A stretch of DNA of 33,757 nucleotides from a virus. Taxonomy: Duplodnaviria; Caudoviricetes. Positions 9,158-18,945 of this stretch are shown in pieces. Location of the stretch: positions 1 through 33,757 of the IMG/VR virus record IMGVR_UViG_3300020044_007482. One strand, 5' to 3'. Each line of letters begins with the position of its first letter. Position 1 is the stretch's first letter. Under the pieces are notes generated by a model, which had not been told where the DNA came from, made no database searches, and worked only from the letters and a program-made list of their open reading frames with translations. Both the position numbers and the translations under genes were made by a program.

Positions 9158-11002
9158 ATGGCTACTAATCAATCAATTGGGGTTGTTCAATCAGTTTGGA
9201 GTAGAGGTATAACTGACCAAACTATGGCAGGAAGAGGCGATACTGACATACTCCTAAAGGGTGGTCAGGAAATTGAAAATTTAATAATGATGGAACAAGG
9301 CGGGTTAAAAAAAAGACCAGGGTTAAATTTTTTGAAAACTGCACCAAATTACCCAACAAATTCATTAATATATAGCTATATAATGCCGTGGGGTGAGGAA
9401 ATTATAATTGCTTTTGCAACTGAGCCAAACACTGACACAATTGTTATATACCCAAAATCAAATACACCACAAGCTGTAATTAGTAATGAATACGCAACAA
9501 GCGCAGTTCAAGATGAAAATATTATATTATTTTCTAATGGTATACAGTGGAAAACTATAACTTTTAGTGCTTCATTACCCCCAACAATAACTGTTGTTAA
9601 CGTTAGCAATCAACCTTATAGCGTAGCACCTTTGCTTAATGGAACAGTTACATTATTAAAAAAACCAGGCGCAGAGCTTGGTGATTATTTTTATGCTGGT
9701 GAGCAAGTTTATGTTGTAACAGAGCTTGTTTTAGGTACATTAGATTATAATAGATATTTTATATATGCTGGAGGGTTATATTTAAAATTTGTTGCTAATG
9801 CAGATATTGCACCAAATCACCGCTCTGGGGAATACATAATTTTACTAGGTAGCTCAATAAATACTAAAGCCACAAAAACTTTTGTATATCAATCTCCTAG
9901 TGAAAAATATTATGGGTTAGATTATAAAGCTGATACAGTATTAACTGGTAATAAGGCATGGGGTGATGACAATTACCCAAAACATTTAGCTCAATTCCAA
10001 AATAGGCTATGGTGCGCTAATGCAAATGGAGACACTAAAACAATGTGGGCCAGTGCTATAGGGGATAAGTATAACTTCTTAACTTATAGCACTGAAGATG
10101 ATGCACCATTGAGCGTTCTACTGGCTGGTGACTCAACTCCTTTAATTAATAATTTAACAGGTAGCACTACAATTAGTGCATTTACTAATCAGGGCGTATA
10201 TTCTTTTATTAACCAAACTAATAGCTCAATAACCCCTACAAACTTTTTTATACAAAAACAAAATTCTCATGCGGCATCACCAATTAATGCGGTTGAGTAC
10301 GACCAGCAATTATTTTATGTGCAATCAAATAACACCAATATTAGGTCTTTAACCTTTAATTCAACAGAATCTTTACAAAACGATAACAATGTTACAATTT
10401 TATGCCCTAATTTAATTAAAAATCCAATTACTATGTGTGAATTAAGCTCTTTAGATAATACAGATGATTCTTATTTATTTGTGTTATGTTCAGAAAATAA
10501 TAAGCCATACATTGCTTGCTTTCAATCTTTAAAAAGCCAAAATATTTACGGCTGGACTAAGTGGACTTTTGATGATAGTATTATAATAAACAATATAACA
10601 ACAGTAAATAATACTTTGTATGCAATAGTTAATAATTCTTCATTATGTGAGTTTAAAATATCTTCATTTTTAGATACTTTTAATAATATAGATAAGTATG
10701 ATATAAAATGTAAACTTATAACCAACCCTATTACTGGAAGAGATGCAGTAATTGGTGATTTATTATTTAAGAATAAACAGTTTGGCATAATTAATATTTT
10801 TGTATATGATACAGATAGTGTTATAATTGATGGATTAACACAATCTGTTAATAATTTTGACGAAGATTACAGTTTAACCAAAACAAAAATAATAGAAATA
10901 CAGCCAAGTGGGGTTTGGTCAAAAATGATTCAATTAACCATTGAGCATAATAGCAACAACCCATTTACTCTTTTATCTATATGTGCTGAAATAATTATAT
11001 AG
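9158..11002 (+). CDS. Tail tubular protein B / nozzle (T7 gp12-like)
   Basis: QGGLKKRPG, YP....FQNRLW, MWAS.IGDKYNF, GWTKW motifs. Confidence 0.88.
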   Translation: MATNQSIGVVQSVWSRGITDQTMAGRGDTDILLKGGQEIENLIMMEQGGLKKRPGLNFLKTAPNYPTNSLIYSYIMPWGEEIIIAFATEPNTDTIVIYPKSNTPQAVISNEYATSAVQDENIILFSNGIQWKTITFSASLPPTITVVNVSNQPYSVAPLLNGTVTLLKKPGAELGDYFYAGEQVYVVTELVLGTLDYNRYFIYAGGLYLKFVANADIAPNHRSGEYIILLGSSINTKATKTFVYQSPSEKYYGLDYKADTVLTGNKAWGDDNYPKHLAQFQNRLWCANANGDTKTMWASAIGDKYNFLTYSTEDDAPLSVLLAGDSTPLINNLTGSTTISAFTNQGVYSFINQTNSSITPTNFFIQKQNSHAASPINAVEYDQQLFYVQSNNTNIRSLTFNSTESLQNDNNVTILCPNLIKNPITMCELSSLDNTDDSYLFVLCSENNKPYIACFQSLKSQNIYGWTKWTFDDSIIINNITTVNNTLYAIVNNSSLCEFKISSFLDTFNNIDKYDIKCKLITNPITGRDAVIGDLLFKNKQFGIINIFVYDTDSVIIDGLTQSVNNFDEDYSLTKTKIIEIQPSGVWSKMIQLTIEHNSNNPFTLLSICAEIII

Positions 11003-11009
11003 GAATATT

Positions 11010-11567
11010 ATGAATAATAATTCAGGTTACTACGGAATCTCACTGTCTGGTAGCACTCAAAACAATTTAATGGGAACATCTGGTGGCTCTTCTTTAGTGT
11101 CAAGCAAAGCTATGGCTGGAATTGGAGCAGGGGTGCAGGGTGTTGGGGCTATACTTGACTTATTTTCTCTTGGTTCAGAAAGACAGTCATTAACCGATAA
11201 AAAAAACCAAATACAGCAATTCTCAACAATTAAATTAAAACAAATAAAAGCTGACCAAGATTTACTTGACTTTCAATCAGCAAATCAATCTAAGCAATTA
11301 TATGGTAAGCAATTGTCACAAGCAGGCGTAAGTGGTGCATCTTTATCAAGCGCTACGGTATTTGCAGATACAACATCAACTCTTATTGGAGATTACAATA
11401 AAAGATTTATAAATGAAATGAATGCAACAAGTGCTGAATATAGTCTTCTTTTACAAAAATCACAACAGCTTGAGGACATATACGATAGAGAAAATGCTTT
11501 GGGAGCAAGGGCATTTGGTGATATAATACAAACAGGAATTGCAGCTGGTTCAATTGCTGCGCTTTAG
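11010..11567 (+). CDS. Internal virion (ejection) protein, gp14-like
   Basis: Gly/Ala-rich hydrophobic ends, AGVSG motif, Gln-rich helix; synteny. Confidence 0.65.
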   Translation: MNNNSGYYGISLSGSTQNNLMGTSGGSSLVSSKAMAGIGAGVQGVGAILDLFSLGSERQSLTDKKNQIQQFSTIKLKQIKADQDLLDFQSANQSKQLYGKQLSQAGVSGASLSSATVFADTTSTLIGDYNKRFINEMNATSAEYSLLLQKSQQLEDIYDRENALGARAFGDIIQTGIAAGSIAAL

Positions 11568-11579
11568 GTGGTTTAAAAA

Positions 11580-13628
11580 ATGGCAATAGATATAAATAAC
11601 TCTCAAATTGGTGGCATAAACCCAAATGTTAATGCTAATGTTAATGTTGATTCTGGAAGCAGGACAGAATCTGCTAATAAAGCATTATTTAATCAAATAT
11701 CAGGCATTGGTAGCCGTTTATACCAAACATACGCCCCAGAGGCTGGGAAAGAGGACGCGCTTAAACAATATGTAAATAACTTAGATAAAGGCGCAAATGG
11801 CGACTATAGTCACATATCACAATTTACCCCATATGGTAAAGCTTATAACGATACAATTGATAAGATAGCTCCTTCTATTTTGGCATCAAATGGAGAGGCT
11901 CTTATAAACTCGTTTGGGAAAAACATACTTAACGATAAGAGTGTACCAGCTAGCGAAAAAGTATCTGCTTTTGCTTCACAATCAAAACAAAGCATTATAG
12001 ATTATATAAAAAACATACCACCAGAGCACCAAGCAGATGTTGCGATGTTATTAGCAAGACAAGCCAATAATAACCAGAATGATTTAATTACAAAGGTTGC
12101 ACAAAAACAAGCCGTTGACCAACAATACCAAGCTATGGATTCAATAAATAAAGTTACAGTATTGGCTAATTCCTCAAGTAATATTAATCAATCATACGAC
12201 TATTACCTACAGGCTAAAACAATGGCTGAAGCAGGTTTAGATATTGGTTTAACCCCTGAAAAAGTTAATAGCATTATTGAAAATGCTGGGGCATCTATAT
12301 TTGGTAAATATAATTTTAAAGAAATAAACGATTATAACGATTCATTACCAGAGGACAAAAAGCTATCTCCTGAATCAATTAGAAAGTCAGTTGATTTTTA
12401 CAACCAGCAATATAATCAGCAACAAAATGCTTTGGAGCAGTCGGCTATAAAAGCGCACTGGAGCCATGAGCAACACCTTGTGGAGTTATCACATGGCATA
12501 ATTAGACCTGTTCCTAATGGTTTTGAAAGCGATAGGGACATAACCTCTGATATGGCGGCATACTCTAGGTATAATTTCTCATTAACAAATAGCACAGAAG
12601 ATATTAGAGAAGAAAATGACCACGTTACTGGTGGACAGTTAGCTAATAATTTCAAATCACTTACCCCAATCCAACAGTATTATTTAAATTCAAATGATAT
12701 AAATTCATTGGAAAAATCAATGCCAGCAGAGCAGTGGCAAGTACTTCGTCATTCAGTTGAACAATTTAATAAAATAAGCCCAAAAGCTCAAAATTTAACA
12801 ATGAATTATTTAAGAGAATATGGCAACGCAGTAAAGTATGACCCCGTAAAAAATCTTGAATTAGAAGAGTCTGCACCCGCAGTTATTTACAAATCTCAAA
12901 TAGATAGAGGCATATCCCCAAGAATGCTAACTAATGAGCAATCTGATAATTATGCAAAAGAGTTTATGCAAAACCCATCTGCAACAATTTCTAAAATTTA
13001 TAGCAATTATAGTAATTATGCTCCTTTAGCTATTAAAGAAATATCAAAAAAAACTGGAATGGTTGGGGTAAATGTTGCAGATAAAAACTTACAAAATGAA
13101 TACCTTCTTGGCTCAACGTTGCCAACAAGCATGTCAAAATTAATTAGTATTGGAAGTTTAACACCTAATGAAACCAGTACATTAGCTCAATTACCATCTG
13201 ATACTCACGTGTATTTAAATGATTTAACTTCGCAGTTATCTAAAACTAGAAACCAAAGAGGCAATGATGTAATGCGAGACTTATTTACTTTTGATAATGG
13301 AAATTTTTTATACAAAACAGACGAGTACATTAATAGCTCTAGTGGTAGGGATAAAATTGTAAAATTATTGGGGACTCAAAATGCAAAGGATAATTTTAAA
13401 TTTAATGATATGAAAATACAACTTGACCCAATAAATAACTTATATCATATTTATGGCAATACAGAATCAGGTTTAGTTAAAAAATATACTTTAACTAAAG
13501 ATGAGGTTGACAATATTCATGCTGGAACCATGGTGGAAAGATTAAAATCTTTACTAGAGCATGAAAGCAAAGAAAAAGATGCGAATTACCCAGGGTTTTT
13601 TAATGAAAATTTTTTAGGTGGTAAATAA
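11580..13628 (+). CDS. Internal virion (ejection) protein, gp15-like
   Basis: 682 aa helical protein after the nozzle; function from synteny only. Confidence 0.6.
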   Translation: MAIDINNSQIGGINPNVNANVNVDSGSRTESANKALFNQISGIGSRLYQTYAPEAGKEDALKQYVNNLDKGANGDYSHISQFTPYGKAYNDTIDKIAPSILASNGEALINSFGKNILNDKSVPASEKVSAFASQSKQSIIDYIKNIPPEHQADVAMLLARQANNNQNDLITKVAQKQAVDQQYQAMDSINKVTVLANSSSNINQSYDYYLQAKTMAEAGLDIGLTPEKVNSIIENAGASIFGKYNFKEINDYNDSLPEDKKLSPESIRKSVDFYNQQYNQQQNALEQSAIKAHWSHEQHLVELSHGIIRPVPNGFESDRDITSDMAAYSRYNFSLTNSTEDIREENDHVTGGQLANNFKSLTPIQQYYLNSNDINSLEKSMPAEQWQVLRHSVEQFNKISPKAQNLTMNYLREYGNAVKYDPVKNLELEESAPAVIYKSQIDRGISPRMLTNEQSDNYAKEFMQNPSATISKIYSNYSNYAPLAIKEISKKTGMVGVNVADKNLQNEYLLGSTLPTSMSKLISIGSLTPNETSTLAQLPSDTHVYLNDLTSQLSKTRNQRGNDVMRDLFTFDNGNFLYKTDEYINSSSGRDKIVKLLGTQNAKDNFKFNDMKIQLDPINNLYHIYGNTESGLVKKYTLTKDEVDNIHAGTMVERLKSLLEHESKEKDANYPGFFNENFLGGK

Positions 13629-16312
13629 TGCCAATTATAGTTAATGATGATTTATTGCCAGCTACTGGATTAATAGGTGGGGTAAAAGCTGGAGTCCAAA
13701 ATTTTGGCAGTCTAATTGGTTCATCATTAGATTACTCAGCTGGTATAACTCCAGAAAAGCCTAGAAACTTTATACAAACTAAAGGGGTTGCTGGAACTGT
13801 TGGAGAATTATTTAATCCAATAAACTTGGCATTAGGAGCTTTATCTGGTGGAGCATTAGGAGCCGTTGGGGCTTTTACTGCCGAAGCTTCTGGTTTAGCC
13901 ATTGGGGCAACTGGTGCTGAATTGCTTGGCTCAACTGTGGCAAATGTAGCTCCTAAAGTTTTAACTGGGGCAATAGAAGGCGCAGGGTGGACTGCTCTTG
14001 ACCATTTTGAAAAAGTATCTGGTGGGATTAACGATGAAATATCGGCAAAATCTTTAGCAGTTGGAGCAACTCTTGGAGCCACTCTTGGAGGATTAGTAAG
14101 CTTAATACCAAAAAATGTTGAAGCATTATCTCCAATGGCTAAAGACGTTGACACTAAATTAAATACTATTACTGCGGTATCTGACAAGCATTATAACCCC
14201 CAAAACAAAATGGGATATACATTAAGTACTGAAATTCCAGAGCCGAAAAAGATTAATAATGCACCAGAAATAAGCCCAGCTACTTTAGACAAAATAAAGC
14301 TTAGTGCTGATTCAGATATATTAAAAAGAGATAAAGATGCTATATTGCAAGCTCAAAGATTAGTAGACACTGGTTACTCCTCGTTGAAAGATATTGACGA
14401 TGCCATACTGGGAAACACCGTGAGTTATAGTACAAAATATCATGGGATGTTAGCTGATAGTGAACATGGTAAAACTATATCTTCTGGTAGTAATATTGAT
14501 GTTAGAAAAGCTATACATAAAGAATATGAAGGCTTAAATGATTCTATAATTCAAGCTGGAGATTTGGCTAATGAGCTTAACGAGTCAATATATAAAGATG
14601 CAAAAAATTTAAATATAGATAGAGGGTTTATAGATGGGTGGATTCAGCGTTCTTATGACCCATTAAAATTAAGTAAGATATCCTTTGATGATTTTAAGGA
14701 TACTGTAGCACCTAGATTATCAACCCCTATCCCAGATGACTCTTTAAGGTCAGCTTTTGAATCATTAATAAGCAGAGATATTGAGCATCAAGACGTTAGA
14801 ATAACTTCAAACCCATACAAAGCAAGGGTTTTTAATTTTAAAGATGCTCAATCAGAAATGGAAATAGAACAAGCTTTTGGCTCTTCTCAGCATGTTGGGG
14901 CAAAGATAACTCAAAATATTGACAGGGTATCTGAATTACATGGCAGGGTGGCAGTTATTGGTACAGAAAGCCCAGAAAAGGTTTTAAAATATTTTGCAAA
15001 ATTAAAAGACATAAACCCATTGACTGCTAGTAATAAAATAGGTAGCATGTTAAACTTAGGTAAGTCATATACTGGTAGTGATGCATTGGTTCTTGGTGGT
15101 CAGGTTATGCAAACATTAGTAAATGTATCTCGTGGAGCTAACGCTATTTTTAAGCCATTCTACGGCTTAATTAATACCGCTGGTGACTTAACCCTTGCCA
15201 CTATGAATGCAGTCGGCTCATATGGGATTAGCAACACGCTAAAAGCTATAATATCAAAAGCACCAACTGAAGATATAAAAGTTTTAGCTAGACTACCCAA
15301 TGAGAGAGAAACATTTAAGGGCATGTTTAATGAGTTTAAAAACGACATGAGGCATCAAACTTTAGAAATAATGGGAATGCAACTAAATTTTAGTTTACCT
15401 AAATATAACAAATTGATACAGTCAGGTTCTTTAAAACTTGGTGGAATGCATATGCTAGATAAATTTGTTAGAAATTGGGCAATAAAATTATCAGCAGTAG
15501 TATTAAAGCACCAATATAAAGCCGACGGTTTAGCGAAAATGTTCCCAAATTTAGATAAAGATATATTAAAGTATGCGGTTAATGATGATGGGTTTTTATC
15601 TCCAACTAAATTAACCAATATTGCTGATAAATTTAATGAATCAATAATGCTTGAACAAGAAAATATTAAGTCATTTAGTGCTGGTAGTAAAAAGTTTAAG
15701 AGTATTGAAAAGAATATACAGAATATTAAATATGAACAACAACGCTACAGAGATACTGCATCAAAGCTATACCAAGAATATGCTAAAATTAATAGAGTAA
15801 ACCCAATATATAGCAATGACTTAAAATGGCTATCTAAAGCTGACCCTGCTATATCCGCTGGAGCTAGAACAGTATTATGGCCGCTTAGAATGATAGCAGG
15901 ATTATACCAAAGCTTTTTAGAGGGCACATCTAATAATAATAAAGTATTGGCATTATCTGGAGTTGCTTCAGCATCTATGGCTTTATCTTTGATAGAGACC
16001 GCTCAAGACCATATAATTCACCAGCTAACAGGGGAAAAGGAAATGGCAAAAAGGGTTCCATTAGTTAATGATAAATTAAAAGAATTAATACCTGATGATT
16101 TTAATCGTAATTTTGCAATTAATACTGTAAATAAGATGATACCGCTATCCATGTTGTATAATGCCCCTGTTTTTTATGGTTCTGGCTCTCATGCGGTAAA
16201 GTCGGCTTATTATGATTTAACAGGTAATGAAGACAAAGCTGAACAACAATTTAAAAAATCCATGCCATGGGTAGCAATGATGTCTAATGTTTTTAGCAGT
16301 CACACACCGTGA
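13628..16312 (+). CDS. Large internal virion (ejection) protein, gp16-like
   Basis: 894 aa, Gly/Ala hydrophobic N-terminal stretch; TAATG overlap; synteny. Confidence 0.6.
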   Translation: MPIIVNDDLLPATGLIGGVKAGVQNFGSLIGSSLDYSAGITPEKPRNFIQTKGVAGTVGELFNPINLALGALSGGALGAVGAFTAEASGLAIGATGAELLGSTVANVAPKVLTGAIEGAGWTALDHFEKVSGGINDEISAKSLAVGATLGATLGGLVSLIPKNVEALSPMAKDVDTKLNTITAVSDKHYNPQNKMGYTLSTEIPEPKKINNAPEISPATLDKIKLSADSDILKRDKDAILQAQRLVDTGYSSLKDIDDAILGNTVSYSTKYHGMLADSEHGKTISSGSNIDVRKAIHKEYEGLNDSIIQAGDLANELNESIYKDAKNLNIDRGFIDGWIQRSYDPLKLSKISFDDFKDTVAPRLSTPIPDDSLRSAFESLISRDIEHQDVRITSNPYKARVFNFKDAQSEMEIEQAFGSSQHVGAKITQNIDRVSELHGRVAVIGTESPEKVLKYFAKLKDINPLTASNKIGSMLNLGKSYTGSDALVLGGQVMQTLVNVSRGANAIFKPFYGLINTAGDLTLATMNAVGSYGISNTLKAIISKAPTEDIKVLARLPNERETFKGMFNEFKNDMRHQTLEIMGMQLNFSLPKYNKLIQSGSLKLGGMHMLDKFVRNWAIKLSAVVLKHQYKADGLAKMFPNLDKDILKYAVNDDGFLSPTKLTNIADKFNESIMLEQENIKSFSAGSKKFKSIEKNIQNIKYEQQRYRDTASKLYQEYAKINRVNPIYSNDLKWLSKADPAISAGARTVLWPLRMIAGLYQSFLEGTSNNNKVLALSGVASASMALSLIETAQDHIIHQLTGEKEMAKRVPLVNDKLKELIPDDFNRNFAINTVNKMIPLSMLYNAPVFYGSGSHAVKSAYYDLTGNEDKAEQQFKKSMPWVAMMSNVFSSHTP

Positions 16313-16728
16313 GACATGTTATAATAGCTACAGAAAGCAGTAGGTTTGCTAACAAAATGCATTTTTTTATACTAAAACCTAGTAAATGTGGGGAATATTA
16401 TATTTTAATTAACCCACTTGGTAGTCCAATTTTGGATATTAAAGTTATAACAACTGCACATGCTAATAAAATAATAAGTAAATTACCACATGTTTATTAT
16501 GATATTTTACCAACTAATAATAAAATTGGTAGTGTAACATTTTTAAGCTGTGTAAATTTTATTAAGTTATATTTTGGCATAAAAAAACCTAGCATTCTTA
16601 CTGATGGTGACTTAATGGAGTATTTATTTGATGGTAAAATTAGCAATTTTAAAAAATATATGTATCCATTAAGGTTTGTGTTTTATTATTTAAAATATTT
16701 TTTTACAAAGGATGATTATGTTTTATGA
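16309..16728 (+). CDS. Hypothetical protein, possibly permuted papain-like (NlpC/P60) fold
   Basis: GTGA overlap; His (MHFFIL) before Cys (LSCVNFIK..FGI....LT..DL..YL). Confidence 0.55.
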   Translation: MRHVIIATESSRFANKMHFFILKPSKCGEYYILINPLGSPILDIKVITTAHANKIISKLPHVYYDILPTNNKIGSVTFLSCVNFIKLYFGIKKPSILTDGDLMEYLFDGKISNFKKYMYPLRFVFYYLKYFFTKDDYVL

Positions 16729-16891
16729 AATGTTGCTAAAAATTCATGATACAGTATACAACGCTGTAGTGATAATTATTGCTATATTTACATTTTGCGT
16801 TACATTGCCAATATTTTTATTAAAAACAAAAATAATAGCAAAATTTGGTAATAAAAAGTTTTCTTTAAATGAAAGTGGAAGCAATGAATAA
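16718..16891 (+). CDS. 57-aa single-TM membrane protein (not in ORF track)
   Basis: SD AAGGA, ATG 16718; MFYEMLLKIHDTVYNAVVIIIAIFTFCVTLPIFLLKTK...; overlaps both neighbours. Confidence 0.65.
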   Translation: MFYEMLLKIHDTVYNAVVIIIAIFTFCVTLPIFLLKTKIIAKFGNKKFSLNESGSNE

Positions 16892-17315
16892 ATTTGTATC
16901 TTACATTATGTTTGCTAGTACTTCTTTTTTATTGTGCTGGTATTTCCCTCTTCGATGGTTAATATTAAATAGAAGCAATCAAGAAGCAGTGGAGTGGTTA
17001 TCCGACCCTATGGGTTCCATGGTGGCTATTATATCATTTTTTTATATGCTTTATACTTTATATAAACTATGGGATAATAAGTCAATACAAAATGAATTAA
17101 CGGTTAGCTTTATAACCCCTATGTTATGTTTTATAAATTTTGCATTTATGTTAGAAATGATTAATATATATAATAAACAAAACTCTTTTGAGAACTTTTT
17201 ATATTTATCATTAGATGTATTTATTTTTTATTATTACACTCTCATGGTTAAATTATGTTATATGACTAAAAATAATACAAATGTGTGTAAGTGCCATGAA
17301 GTTAAACCTGCATAG
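16884..17315 (+). CDS. Multi-pass (about 4 TM) membrane protein
   Basis: Four hydrophobic segments; ATG 16884 overlaps the upstream stop. Confidence 0.7.
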   Translation: MNKFVSYIMFASTSFLLCWYFPLRWLILNRSNQEAVEWLSDPMGSMVAIISFFYMLYTLYKLWDNKSIQNELTVSFITPMLCFINFAFMLEMINIYNKQNSFENFLYLSLDVFIFYYYTLMVKLCYMTKNNTNVCKCHEVKPA

Positions 17316-17502
17316 ACTTAAGCCACTCATAACGCATAGAAATAAAATAATTAGTGTTATAATAATGTTTGGCTGGGTATATTATAAAGAAATTAATCAA
17401 TTAATTATAAATGTATTAACAAGCCCTGAATTGGCTGTAAAAATTATAAATGGGTTAGTGACATTATTTGCTGGGTTGTATTATTTTAAGAAAAAGAAAT
17501 AA
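17296..17502 (+). CDS. Small 2-TM protein, holin candidate
   Basis: Two hydrophobic segments and a basic KKKK C-terminus. Confidence 0.5.
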   Translation: MKLNLHRLKPLITHRNKIISVIIMFGWVYYKEINQLIINVLTSPELAVKIINGLVTLFAGLYYFKKKK

Positions 17503-17513
17503 TATTATGTAGT

Positions 17514-17599
17514 TGGTGGAGAGACTAGGATTCGAACCTAGGAACTCAAGAGAGGGGTGATTTACAGTCACCAGCATTTAACCACTTTGCTATCTCTCC
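17514..17599 (-). tRNA. tRNA-Tyr (GTA), CCA encoded
   Basis: GGAGAGA/TCTCTCC acceptor + ACCA; anticodon arm GGTGA-CTGTAAA-TCACC; long variable arm; T-arm CTAGG-TTCGAAT-CCTAG. Confidence 0.95.
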
Positions 17600-17605
17600 A
17601 CATAA

Positions 17606-17645
17606 GAAAAACCCGCAAAAGATAGGATTATTGCGGGTTTTATTT
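17606..17645. terminator. Bidirectional intrinsic terminator
   Basis: AAAACCCGCAA / TTGCGGGTTTT stem (17608-17618/17631-17641) with T-runs on both strands. Confidence 0.75.
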
Positions 17646-17756
17646 AAGTACAGTACTTTAATCATATAAGAATTAAATAATTATAAACCTAACACACTGC
17701 TAAAAACCAAAATAGCTGTGCGTTACAACATTTAAAAGACCATCTTTTAAGTGCTG
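17606..17756 (-). ncRNA. Candidate structured RNA or tRNA leader of about 150 nt
   Basis: Lies between a consensus promoter and the terminator; two adjacent hairpins at 17727-17755 and 17690-17725; no sizeable ORF. Confidence 0.5.
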
Positions 17757-17761
17757 ACGGT

Positions 17762-17790
17762 ATTGTATCAAATTACTTCTTGACTGTCAA
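17762..17790 (-). promoter_or_regulatory. Sigma70 promoter TTGACA-17-TACAAT
   Basis: Near-consensus hexamers with 17-nt spacer; -35 overlaps palindrome CTTGACTGTCAAG. Confidence 0.8.
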
Positions 17791-17803
17791 GTTTTATTTG
17801 CAA

Positions 17804-18751
17804 TTAAATTGTTATATTTTTAGCAATTCTTTCAATTACTGAAACGGTTACCGAATTACCTGCTTGTTTATATAAGTGACAGTCCGATATTTCTGGCAAT
17901 ATAAAATCACTTGAAAATCCCTGCAAATTGAAACATTCGCGAGGCGTTAACTTTCTTATACCTTTATCATCCAATATTAAAGGTACATTATGTCCACCAG
18001 TACCCATATTAGCTGTTAATGTAGGGCATAGATTACTTTTATTTTCTCTAACATATACTCGTCTAATTTGATAAATGCTGTTTTTATTTATAATATTTTT
18101 TTTTAATTCAAGATAATATTTGCTTTTTTCAGTATAATAATATTTGTCATTTATAACGTCTTCTTTTATATCTTTTATACTTTTAGTTAAATTAATTATT
18201 TCTGGAAATTTAAATTTATTATATGCATTTATATCAAGAAATCCGATTATAAAAATTCTTTCTCTATTTTGCGGAACATCCCCATAATCGCAAGAGTTTA
18301 ATACTTTAAAGTGCAACAAATAGCCAAGTTTATTAAGTTCATTACAAATTATTTTAAATGTGTTGCCACCATCATGTGTTAATAAATTTTTTACATTTTC
18401 TAAAAAAATAACAGATGGTTTTTGAGTTTTTTCTTGTAAAATTCTAAGAATACTAAAAAACAAATTGCCACGTTCGTCATCAAATCCTTTTCCATATCCA
18501 GCAATTGAGAATGCTTGACATGGAAACCCTGCAGTTAGTACGTCACAATTTGGGATATTAGCTGTTTTTATATTATTAATATCATCATTAATAAGTTTTA
18601 TGCTTGGGTGATTGGCTGCGTATGTGAGACAAGCCATTTTATCAATTTCATTTGCCCATATTATGTTCATCCCTGCATTTTTAAACCCTTGGCAAATTCC
18701 CCCAATTCCTGCAAATAAACTAACCACGTTTAACATTTTTTTATTGTCCAT
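17804..18751 (-). CDS. Orphan DNA cytosine-5 methyltransferase
   Basis: FAGIGG, GFPCQ, ENV, QNRERI and QAGNS motifs; no adjacent restriction gene evident. Confidence 0.97.
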   Translation of the reverse strand: MDNKKMLNVVSLFAGIGGICQGFKNAGMNIIWANEIDKMACLTYAANHPSIKLINDDINNIKTANIPNCDVLTAGFPCQAFSIAGYGKGFDDERGNLFFSILRILQEKTQKPSVIFLENVKNLLTHDGGNTFKIICNELNKLGYLLHFKVLNSCDYGDVPQNRERIFIIGFLDINAYNKFKFPEIINLTKSIKDIKEDVINDKYYYTEKSKYYLELKKNIINKNSIYQIRRVYVRENKSNLCPTLTANMGTGGHNVPLILDDKGIRKLTPRECFNLQGFSSDFILPEISDCHLYKQAGNSVTVSVIERIAKNITI

Positions 18752-18769
18752 TATTTACCTTTCTTTATC

Positions 18770-18836
18770 ATGTCGAAAAATGCCATATTTTCATCACGTT
18801 ATTTTTATATGTCGAAAAATTGACATATTTTCATCA
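18770..18836. repeat. Imperfect direct repeat of 27-28 bp, two copies
   Basis: ATGTCGAAAAATGCCATATTTTCATCA (18770-18796) and ATGTCGAAAAATTGACATATTTTCATCA (18809-18836). Confidence 0.85.
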
Positions 18837-18872
18837 TATGTGGTTAATTATTTTTTGGCTTTAAAAAATCTA

Positions 18873-18881
18873 TGATATAAT
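18873..18881 (+). promoter_or_regulatory. Extended -10 promoter (TGaTATAAT) pointing against the local gene orientation
   Basis: Perfect TGnTATAAT followed by a GC-richer hairpin-forming 60 nt. Confidence 0.5.
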
Positions 18882-18945
18882 AACCCCCGTCACGTAGACA
18901 AACTAGCTCCTGATTGCATGGTTTATCCCAATCAGGTGCGACCAT

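Noticed and set aside
13732-14187. Antisense ORFs within virion genes (also 2914-3354, 1738-1992, 6294-6554 and others)
   Set aside because: Fully overlap well-supported genes on the other strand and carry no recognisable motifs
17514-17560. tRNA as a prophage attachment site
   Set aside because: Phage genes lie on both sides, no duplicated tRNA 3' end was seen, and no integrase is present
18770-18836. Mini CRISPR array
   Set aside because: Only two imperfect repeats with a 12-bp gap; no cas genes
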